53,831 bases of DNA, taken from Candidatus Kaiserbacteria bacterium. Lineage in GTDB: Bacteria > Patescibacteriota > Minisyncoccia > Phycocordibacterales > JABAAK01. Location: positions 1 through 53,831 of the forward strand of contig JAPOOC010000004.1 in the NCBI GenBank assembly GCA_026713605.1. Direction: 5' to 3'. The notes beneath the pieces are model-generated. The model did no database searches, was not told where the DNA came from, and worked only from the letters and a program-made list of their open reading frames with translations. Within the stretch, counting starts at the first letter, position 1; every line of letters starts with the position of its first letter. Below, in pieces: positions 37,393 to 46,007 of the stretch. Made by a program: the position numbers and the translations under genes.

Positions 37393-40300
37393 ATGAGCGA
37401 GCCACGGACAAAAAAAACTTTTTCACAGTACAAATGGTCCCCACTACCACTGGGGGGCATTATTGATTTTCAAAAAGAATCATACGATAAGTTTTTAGAA
37501 GAAGACATCCCGGCTCTTTTCAAAGAATTTTTCCCAATAGCAGATTCAAAAGAGCGATTCTTCATAACCTTTATTTCACACAAGTTAGAAGAGCCACGGT
37601 TAACACCTGCAGACGCAAGAGAGCAGTTTGCCAGTTACACTGCCCCACTTCGCGTTTTATTGCAATTAGAGAATAAGGTAACGAAAAAAATACGGGAAGA
37701 AGAGGTGCTGTTAGGCGATGTGCCGATTATGACACCGCAGCGATCGTTTGTGGTCAACGGTATAGACCGCACCATTGTCGCGCAGTTGGTGCGCGCACAG
37801 GGAGTGCGGTTTTTCAAAGAATTACGCGGAAAATCCGGCTTCACTTTTGGTGCGCAGGTGATTCCACAGAAAGGGAGAGGCATGTGGGTGATATTTGAGA
37901 GTAATGTGAGCGGCAATATCTATGTGCGTGTTGATCAAGGGGCGCGGAAAATCCCGGTTACCACCTTTATCAGAGCGTTTGGACCAGAAACACCCGAGCA
38001 AGTGCTGAAACTCTTTGACGACGACCCAAAGACACAAGAGATAGTGAAAAAAACCTTTGCTGTTGACACTGCCACGACCATGGACGAGGTGTGGACATCA
38101 TTCTATCGAACAATGCGTTCAGGTAATGTGGCAAGTCCAGATCGGGCAAAGCAGATTATCCAGTCACGATTTACCCCTGAGTGGTATGATATGGGCGAGT
38201 TAGGACGACTGAATTTCAACAGGCGGTTCAACCTACCAACAGACGGCGCAGCAAAAAAGCAGCGAGTGCTGACACTGGATGACATTGTGTTGATCACAAA
38301 AGAAATTGTTCGCCTGAACAACACGCCAGATGCACAAGGAGATGACATTGACCACCTCGGATCAAGGAGGGTACGGTCAGTAGGAGAGTTGGTGTATGAA
38401 TCCGCCCGAACTGGCTTTATGCGTATTCGCAAGAATGTCCGGGATAAAATGCTTACCATTGATCCAAAACTATTTGATTCACCAACCAGCGTGTTGAACT
38501 TGCGCACTTTTCAGTCAACAATTCACGGTTTTTTCAATACAAATGAGCTTTCACAGCCGTTAAAGCAGCAAAATGTGCTAGACGAGATAGAGCATCTGCG
38601 CACGATTTCTGCACTGGGCGCTGGCGGTGTAGCACGAGAGCATGCGAGTGTATCAGTACGCGACATCCACCAGACACACTATGGACGCATCTGTCCGCTG
38701 CACTCACCAGAAGGGGCAAACATCGGCCTCGTGCTGCACATGGCACTCTATGCGCGTATCAATAAGTATGGTTTGTTAGAGTGTCCTTACTTTAAAGTAA
38801 AGGACGGAAGGATAACCGATGAGGCAGTGTACTGTACCGCGGACGAAGAGGAGCGATACCGTATAGCCGGTGCCGATATTGAGATTGATGAGCAAAACAA
38901 AATAACACAGGAGTCAGTGCTGGTGCGATATCAAGGGCAATATGAGCGGGTTGGTCCGGAGCAAATTGACTATATTGATGTCGCAACCGGACAAATTTTA
39001 TCAGTCGCCTCAACGCTGATACCGTTTGCACACAACACACTGCCAGTGCGTGCTGCAACCGGAACCCGTATGCAACGACAAGCAATCCCATGCCTTCGAC
39101 CAGAGCCACCGCTCGTATCCACTGGGTATGAGCAAGAGTTCGCCAAGGCATCAGGGAGGGTGGTAATCGCTGAGGAGTCCGGTGAAGTCACAAGCGCTGA
39201 TTCAAAACATATCAGTATCAAAACAAGCAAAGGAGTGAAACGGCATGACCTTGAGGTGTTCACACTGGCTGGTTCTGCGTATTCATTTGCCAACCACCAA
39301 CGACCAATTGTGTCGCCGGGAGACAAGATAAAAAAAGGTGCGGTTATTGCGGACACCGCATCAACGGCAAACGGCGATTTGTCAATCGGAAAAAATCTAC
39401 GAGTCGCCTTTTTGCCGTATGATGGCGGCACTTTTGAAGATGCAATTATCATTTCTGAACGACTGGTGCGGGATGATGTGCTAACCTCAACACAGGTGAA
39501 AGAGCATGTCGCCGAGGTTCGTGAGACAAAACTGGGGTTGGATGTTATGACATCAGATATACCGAATGTCGCGGAACGAAAATTGAGAAACCTTGACGCT
39601 GAAGGAGTTATTCGAGTGGGGTCTGATGTGGTGCCGGGCGACATTTTAGTCGGTAAATTAACACCGCGCGGAGAAACACAGGTGTCCGCGGAAGAGCGAC
39701 TGCTACAGTCCATTTTCGGTGACAAAGCGAAGGATATGCGGGACACATCCAAGACATTGCCGCCAGGAGAGAGTGGGAAGGTGGTATCAGTGCAGGTACG
39801 CGACCGAGACACAGAACACATCGCCGACACCAGTATTTTGAAACAGATTCGTATTGTCATCGCTGACCTGCGTCGTATTTGTGTTGGCGACAAGCTGGCA
39901 AACCGCTACGGAAACAAAGGAGTGATATCACGCATTGCACCCATTGAGGACATGCCGTTCACGAAAGACGGGGAGCCGGTCGACATTATCTTGTCTGCCC
40001 TGGGTGTTCCATCTCGTAAGAACCTCGGACAAATTTTAGAAATGCACACCGGACTAGCAGCACACGCACTAAACTACCAGGCGGTCATACCACCAATGAC
40101 ATCAGTAACAGAGGAGGAGTTAGAAGAGGAGTTACAAAAAGCAGGACACGCAAAAACCGGTCAAGTCGCATTATACGACGGCAAAACCGGAGAAAAATTT
40201 TCTGGAGATGTGTCAGTTGGCTGGATATACACGATGAAGTTAGAACATATGGTGCAGGATAAAATACACGCCCGATCAACGGGGCGATATTCACTGATTA

Positions 40301-40638
40301 CCCAGCAGCCACCAGGCGGACGAGCGCGGTTCGGTGGTGGGCGATTGGGAGAGATGGAAGTATGGGCGCTGCTCGGACACGGCGCTGCGTATACGCTGCG
40401 TGAAATGCTGACCATCAAGTCCGACGATGTGCAGGGGCGGAACGCTGCATATAACGCAATTATCCACAACGAGCCGGTTACACAAATGGGAACACCGGCA
40501 GCATTCAATGTTTTGCTGTATTACCTGCGGGGACTCGGACTGAATGTAAATCTGGAGATCCCAGACAGAGACGAGCCGAAGGAGGAAGATGAAGAGCGAC
40601 GAAAAAAGCACGCAAGAAGAAAGATAAATACGAAGTAA
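37393..40638 (+). CDS. rpoB: RNA polymerase beta subunit
   Basis: DDIDHLG.RRVR, HYGRICP, MQRQA, GDKL..R.GNKGV, KLEHMV.DKIHARS, GEMEVWAL. Confidence 0.99.
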   Translation: MSEPRTKKTFSQYKWSPLPLGGIIDFQKESYDKFLEEDIPALFKEFFPIADSKERFFITFISHKLEEPRLTPADAREQFASYTAPLRVLLQLENKVTKKIREEEVLLGDVPIMTPQRSFVVNGIDRTIVAQLVRAQGVRFFKELRGKSGFTFGAQVIPQKGRGMWVIFESNVSGNIYVRVDQGARKIPVTTFIRAFGPETPEQVLKLFDDDPKTQEIVKKTFAVDTATTMDEVWTSFYRTMRSGNVASPDRAKQIIQSRFTPEWYDMGELGRLNFNRRFNLPTDGAAKKQRVLTLDDIVLITKEIVRLNNTPDAQGDDIDHLGSRRVRSVGELVYESARTGFMRIRKNVRDKMLTIDPKLFDSPTSVLNLRTFQSTIHGFFNTNELSQPLKQQNVLDEIEHLRTISALGAGGVAREHASVSVRDIHQTHYGRICPLHSPEGANIGLVLHMALYARINKYGLLECPYFKVKDGRITDEAVYCTADEEERYRIAGADIEIDEQNKITQESVLVRYQGQYERVGPEQIDYIDVATGQILSVASTLIPFAHNTLPVRAATGTRMQRQAIPCLRPEPPLVSTGYEQEFAKASGRVVIAEESGEVTSADSKHISIKTSKGVKRHDLEVFTLAGSAYSFANHQRPIVSPGDKIKKGAVIADTASTANGDLSIGKNLRVAFLPYDGGTFEDAIIISERLVRDDVLTSTQVKEHVAEVRETKLGLDVMTSDIPNVAERKLRNLDAEGVIRVGSDVVPGDILVGKLTPRGETQVSAEERLLQSIFGDKAKDMRDTSKTLPPGESGKVVSVQVRDRDTEHIADTSILKQIRIVIADLRRICVGDKLANRYGNKGVISRIAPIEDMPFTKDGEPVDIILSALGVPSRKNLGQILEMHTGLAAHALNYQAVIPPMTSVTEEELEEELQKAGHAKTGQVALYDGKTGEKFSGDVSVGWIYTMKLEHMVQDKIHARSTGRYSLITQQPPGGRARFGGGRLGEMEVWALLGHGAAYTLREMLTIKSDDVQGRNAAYNAIIHNEPVTQMGTPAAFNVLLYYLRGLGLNVNLEIPDRDEPKEEDEERRKKHARRKINTK

Positions 40639-40644
40639 CATACT

Positions 40645-43600
40645 ATGAAAAAAACAATACGACAATCAAACAGGTTCAATGCGTTGAGCATAGGTCTCGC
40701 CTCTCCAGAGGAGGTGTTGTCATGGTCATTTGGTGAGGTGGCAAAACCGGAAACAATCAACTATCGCACACAGCGAGCAGAGCGAGATGGGTTGTTTTGC
40801 GAAAAAATATTTGGACCGGAGAACGATTTTCAATGCAGTTGCGGGAAATATAAGGGGTCGCAGTACCAAGGCATTGAATGTAGCAATTGTGGTGTAGAGA
40901 TAACCCGCTCAACAGTTCGTCGTGAACGCATGGGACATGTTGACCTTGCCGCACCCATCGCGCATTACTGGTATTTGCGCAAAGTGCCGTCTCACATCGC
41001 AACACTCCTCAACCTCTCTGCGCAACAAGTGCAAAATGTGGTGTATTTCTCATCGTACTACATAAAAAGTGTTGATGAAGAAAAGCGAAAAGAGCTGAAG
41101 AAAGAAATAAAACGGGAGTTTGATGAAAAAATACAAAAAGCAACACAGGAAGAAACACACCACATGCTGCAAGATCAGTATAAAAGTCGGGTAGCGGATA
41201 TTGAATCTATCCAAGAGCACAGCATTGTTGATGAGGCGCGACACGATCGCCTCAGTCGTCAATTTTCAGGGCTATTTGAAGCAGAAAAAGGTGGTGAAGT
41301 TATCTATGATCTCCTGAAAGAAATTGATTTAAAACAAAAAGAGAAAGATATTGTAGAGCAGTTAGATGGGGTGAACAAAAGCCAGAAAGAGAAGATGCAG
41401 CGACAGCTGTTAGTCGTGCGGTCACTGCTGCAATCCGGTAATAAACCGGAGTGGATGTTCTTGACCCGCCTCCCGGTGATACCCCCTGGCATTCGCCCAG
41501 TGGTGCCACTTGACGGTGGAAGGTATGCGAGTTCAGACCTGAACGACCTATACCGCCATGTGATTGTTCGGAATAACCGGCTGAAAGAGTTTATTGAGTC
41601 AAAAGCGCCAAAAATTTTTATCAACACACAAAAGCGGCTGCTGCAAGAATCGGTCGATGCCCTCTTTGAAAAAGAGATTGCCAGCAGAGGCAGAAGCTCA
41701 TCTCAGCGCGGTAAAAATCGACAGTTGAAAGCGATATCAGAATATCTCAGCGGTAAAACCGGAAGTTTCCGATTAAACTTGCTGGGTAAGCGAGTTGACT
41801 TTACCGGACGATCAGTTATCGTGGTTGGATCACACTTAAAAATTGATGAGTTCGGACTACCAAAGAAGATGGCACTGGAGATATTCCGTCCATTTGTGAT
41901 AGGAGAGGTGCTAAAGCGTGAGCTGGCGTACAATGTACGCGGCGCGCAACGACTATTAGATACAGAAGCACCAGTTGTGTGGGAGATTTTAGAAAAAGTA
42001 ATCCAGGGTAAGTATATGTTGCTGAACCGCGCACCAACACTGCACCGTCAAAGTATACAAGCGTTCAAACCCATACTGATAGAAGGACTTTCTATCGAGC
42101 TACACCCGCTTGTCTGTAAAGCGTATAACGCTGACTTTGACGGCGACGCAATGGTGATTCATCTGCCGCTGTCCAAAGAAGCGCAGGCAGAGGCGAAAAA
42201 TATACTAGTATCCACAAACAACATTATCAACCCTGCATCAGGAGAGATCAACGCGTCTCCTTCAGAGCAAGATATGGTATTAGGGTGTTACTGGGCAACC
42301 GTCGCAAAAGAAGGCGTGCAAGGAGAGGGGAGGTACTTCGGTAGCGTGAGTGAGGCAATAACCGCGTATGATTTTGGTATTGTTGATATACGCGCGAAGA
42401 TAAAGGTGCTGGCTTCCCAAAAAGAAAAGTATGGGGAAAACAAAGGAAAAATTTTTGAAACAACTGTTGGACGCCTGCTCTTTAACACAACGCTGCCAAA
42501 AGAATACCCGTTTGTGAATGAAACCATTGATAAGAAAATGATTAAAAAGGTGGTGCGTGGCATTATCAACACATTTGGGAAAGAGGAGTTGGTGAAGCAC
42601 CTTGATCCGATCAAGGACTTCGGCTTCCGATTCGCATCAAGGTCGGGAACCACTTTTTCGTGGAGCGACTTGCGAAGACCAGATGGACGAGAAGAGCGCA
42701 TACAGGAGGGATTGCAAAAGTCAAATGAGATACAGCAACAATACGAGGAAGGTCTGATATCACTGCAAGAGCGGAAACGAAAAAATATAGATCTCTGGCA
42801 GGAAATCAAGGAGGAGTTAGGACAAATCACAAAAGACAGTGTGCCGGAAGAGTCATCTATCGGTGATATGATTCGCTCTGGCGCGCGTGGATCATTCAAC
42901 GACCTCGGAGACATGACTGCGATGTTCGGTGTCGTTGACTCATCATCAGGAGAGCCGATAGAGCAGCCGGTGCTATCATCGCTAAAAGACGGTATTTCCT
43001 CGGTTGAATACTTCAATGCGTCATTCGGTGCGCGGAAAGGTGTGGCGGACACAGCACTAAAGACAGCGGACGCAGGATTCTTGTCACGAAAACTGTTTAG
43101 TGTTGCTCAAGAGGTGAAAATTGAAGACCTTGATTGTAAAACAAGCACCGGATTTACTCTGTACCGGCAGACCGCATCAGGCGCTGGCGACTCATTTGGA
43201 GAGCGAATCCAGGGGCGCTATCTGATTGAAGATGTTGCAAGCGCGGACGGGACAGTAGTAGCGAAAAAGAATGAACTGATAGGAGTAACGCTGGCAGAAA
43301 AAATAGACGCTGATGAGCAGGTGGAGAAAATACGGGTTCGTTCACCGATTACTTGTCGCCACGCACGGGGGATTTGTGCGAAGTGTTACGGTGTGGACAG
43401 AACAACAAATGAAATTGTTGATATTGGTGAGCCAGTCGGCACGATAGCGGCGCAATCGGTTGGTGAGCCGGGAACACAGCTAACTATGCGTACTTTTCAT
43501 GCAGGTGGTGTCGCAACGGCAGGCGGAGACATCACCGCTGGGCTACCACGAGTAACTGAAGTGTTTGAGCGGCGTACGCCAAAATCTCCGGCAGCTATCG

Positions 43601-44319
43601 CGCGTATTGACGGTGTCGTTGAGAAAATTGAGCAGCACAAAGACGGTGGACACACCATCCGCCTGAATGTGGGCGGCAAAAAAGCATCAACGGCTGAAAA
43701 GAATTACTCGGTATCACCGCTACGAGTGGTTAAAGTAGAAGTTGGCGATAAAATTACCAAAGGTCAATTTCTAACAGACGGGACGGCAGACCTGGAAGAG
43801 ATGTTAAAACAATGCAGCAAGGAGGCAACACAAGAGTATATTTTCAGTGAAATCGGAAAAGTGTATGAGCTGCAAGGGGTAAGCATTGCTCCAGTGCATT
43901 TTGAAATTATCATCCGTCAAATGTTTAGCAAGATGCTCATCACCGATCCGGGAGATGCTGCGTACATACCGGGAGAGGTCATTGACCTAAGCGAGTTAGT
44001 TGATCTAAATGAATGCCTTGAATCGGAAGGGCTAAAACCTGCAAAAGCAGAGAACATTGTAACCGGTATTACAAATGTGTCGGTGTCACGCAGCAACTTT
44101 CTTTCCGCGGCATCATTTCAAAACACCACAAGTGTACTCATTCGGGCGGCGGTGAGTGGTGCAATGGACACCTTGGACGGGGTGAAAGAAAATGTGATTA
44201 TCGGGCGATTAGTGCCAATTGGTAGCGGACATGAGGGCAGTGCAAAGCAGGTTATGGTGAAAGAGGTGCAGGATCAAGTCGCAAAGGAACTTGCAGAAAA
44301 AGAAGAAATGACCTCATAA
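40645..44319 (+). CDS. rpoC: RNA polymerase beta' subunit
   Basis: KPETINYRT, LLGKRVD, NRAPTLH, NADFDGD, GEPGTQLTMRTFH. Confidence 0.99.
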   Translation: MKKTIRQSNRFNALSIGLASPEEVLSWSFGEVAKPETINYRTQRAERDGLFCEKIFGPENDFQCSCGKYKGSQYQGIECSNCGVEITRSTVRRERMGHVDLAAPIAHYWYLRKVPSHIATLLNLSAQQVQNVVYFSSYYIKSVDEEKRKELKKEIKREFDEKIQKATQEETHHMLQDQYKSRVADIESIQEHSIVDEARHDRLSRQFSGLFEAEKGGEVIYDLLKEIDLKQKEKDIVEQLDGVNKSQKEKMQRQLLVVRSLLQSGNKPEWMFLTRLPVIPPGIRPVVPLDGGRYASSDLNDLYRHVIVRNNRLKEFIESKAPKIFINTQKRLLQESVDALFEKEIASRGRSSSQRGKNRQLKAISEYLSGKTGSFRLNLLGKRVDFTGRSVIVVGSHLKIDEFGLPKKMALEIFRPFVIGEVLKRELAYNVRGAQRLLDTEAPVVWEILEKVIQGKYMLLNRAPTLHRQSIQAFKPILIEGLSIELHPLVCKAYNADFDGDAMVIHLPLSKEAQAEAKNILVSTNNIINPASGEINASPSEQDMVLGCYWATVAKEGVQGEGRYFGSVSEAITAYDFGIVDIRAKIKVLASQKEKYGENKGKIFETTVGRLLFNTTLPKEYPFVNETIDKKMIKKVVRGIINTFGKEELVKHLDPIKDFGFRFASRSGTTFSWSDLRRPDGREERIQEGLQKSNEIQQQYEEGLISLQERKRKNIDLWQEIKEELGQITKDSVPEESSIGDMIRSGARGSFNDLGDMTAMFGVVDSSSGEPIEQPVLSSLKDGISSVEYFNASFGARKGVADTALKTADAGFLSRKLFSVAQEVKIEDLDCKTSTGFTLYRQTASGAGDSFGERIQGRYLIEDVASADGTVVAKKNELIGVTLAEKIDADEQVEKIRVRSPITCRHARGICAKCYGVDRTTNEIVDIGEPVGTIAAQSVGEPGTQLTMRTFHAGGVATAGGDITAGLPRVTEVFERRTPKSPAAIARIDGVVEKIEQHKDGGHTIRLNVGGKKASTAEKNYSVSPLRVVKVEVGDKITKGQFLTDGTADLEEMLKQCSKEATQEYIFSEIGKVYELQGVSIAPVHFEIIIRQMFSKMLITDPGDAAYIPGEVIDLSELVDLNECLESEGLKPAKAENIVTGITNVSVSRSNFLSAASFQNTTSVLIRAAVSGAMDTLDGVKENVIIGRLVPIGSGHEGSAKQVMVKEVQDQVAKELAEKEEMTS

Positions 44320-45977
44320 TGTCAGTAATGGTAGAGCGAGCCAACCAAGTACAGGCGGTGAAGGATGCAATTGATATTGTTGATGTGGTGGGGCAGTACA
44401 CCACATTGACCCCGGCGGGGAAACGAATGAAAGGGTTGTCACCATTCACCAGCGAGAAAACACCATCGTTTTTTGTGGACCCTGAAGAGGGGGTGTATTA
44501 CTGTTTTTCCTCCCAAAAAGGTGGCGATATATTTTCGTTCGTGCAGGACACGGAAGGTGTAGATTTCAAAGAAGCACTACGGATACTTGCGGATCGGGCA
44601 GGCATAGCATTGACAGCCACCCCCACCAGCAACAAACAAAACAATGCACCACTATATCACACGCTGGAATCAGCAGCAACACTATACCAGCAAAAGTTAA
44701 CTGATGAGGTGAGGCAGTACCTTATCGGCAGAGGTATCAGCGAGCAGTCAATACAGGAGTGGGGCATTGGGTATGCGCCGGATGCCTGGAACACAATCTG
44801 CTCAAAGCAGTCGCCAAACCGCGCCGAGCAAGTAACAGCAGGCATGTGCGTAGAAAACAAGGAGAAGCAGTCCGTCTATGACAGATTTCGGAACCGAGTG
44901 CAGTTTCCATTTTATGATGAGCAGGGGCGGGTGATTGGTTTTTCCGGAAGGATATATGGAGAGAGCGAGGGTGCAAAGTACATCAACTCCCCAGAATCAC
45001 CATTGTTTGACAAATCATCCTTCCTATACGGGCTACACAGAGCAAAGCCACACATCCGGAAACACAATGTTGCGATACTGACTGAGGGTCCAATCGATGC
45101 GATTATGGTACACCAAGCCGGGTATCCGATGGCTGTTGCAACCTCGGGGACAGCAATAACAGAGAGGCACCTACAGAAACTGCAGCGACTATCCAACCGA
45201 TTACTACTCATACTGGATGGTGACGCGGCGGGACACCGCGCGGCATTACGGGTGATTGAAATGACCTTTACGCTCGGCATAGACAGCAAGGTGGTTGTGT
45301 TACCCGACGGGTCTGATCCAGCCGATGTGGTCGCCGAAGATGTTGAGCAATTTAAAAAAGCAGTGAAAGAGGCAGTAACAGCAGTTTCATTCCTCACAAG
45401 GTATGTCGCTGAACAGTATGGCGAGAACAGTGAAGACCGTATCAGGGGAGTACGAGAGGAGGTACTACCGATTATTGCGATGAACAGAGATCCAATGATG
45501 CGGGAACACGCCATCAAAGAGGTCGCCAATTTCTGCGGGTTAGATGTCAAGACAATCCAAGAGAGTATGCGACAGCGTACCGATACCACCCCCGCGCAAA
45601 ACACCGAACCCACACTCCGCCGCAAAAAGCCAATCATCACCGCGGCAGACCGCACCAAGACACAGGAGAGAAAAATTAACGAGTTGGGAAAGTCCATCGC
45701 TATGGCATTGCGTTTCCTCAAAATGAAAGGGGTGCCAATACCGAAACTAATCGAGGAGATGGTAAAAACAGTGCAAAAGAGCATAACACTCCCAGAAGTG
45801 GATGAAGAAGTCGTCCGTATATGGTACGAAGAAAATGTAACAACCGCAGACGCACCGGAGGTAACAATAGAGGGTGTCTTGTATAAGTTGGGGGTGGACT
45901 CGAAGAACCTCATTGCTGAACTAAAGAAGAAAGAGGAACTGGAAAAAGTGTACCCACCAACAGAGCCGACCACTTGA
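44319..45977 (+). CDS. dnaG: DNA primase
   Basis: EKTPSF, DRFRNR..FP, KYINSPES, TEGPIDA, DGDAAG, DPAD; TAATG overlap with rpoC. Confidence 0.96.
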   Translation: MSVMVERANQVQAVKDAIDIVDVVGQYTTLTPAGKRMKGLSPFTSEKTPSFFVDPEEGVYYCFSSQKGGDIFSFVQDTEGVDFKEALRILADRAGIALTATPTSNKQNNAPLYHTLESAATLYQQKLTDEVRQYLIGRGISEQSIQEWGIGYAPDAWNTICSKQSPNRAEQVTAGMCVENKEKQSVYDRFRNRVQFPFYDEQGRVIGFSGRIYGESEGAKYINSPESPLFDKSSFLYGLHRAKPHIRKHNVAILTEGPIDAIMVHQAGYPMAVATSGTAITERHLQKLQRLSNRLLLILDGDAAGHRAALRVIEMTFTLGIDSKVVVLPDGSDPADVVAEDVEQFKKAVKEAVTAVSFLTRYVAEQYGENSEDRIRGVREEVLPIIAMNRDPMMREHAIKEVANFCGLDVKTIQESMRQRTDTTPAQNTEPTLRRKKPIITAADRTKTQERKINELGKSIAMALRFLKMKGVPIPKLIEEMVKTVQKSITLPEVDEEVVRIWYEENVTTADAPEVTIEGVLYKLGVDSKNLIAELKKKEELEKVYPPTEPTT

Positions 45978-46007
45978 CAGCTGGTTATCGTGATATAGTA
46001 AAAGTGT

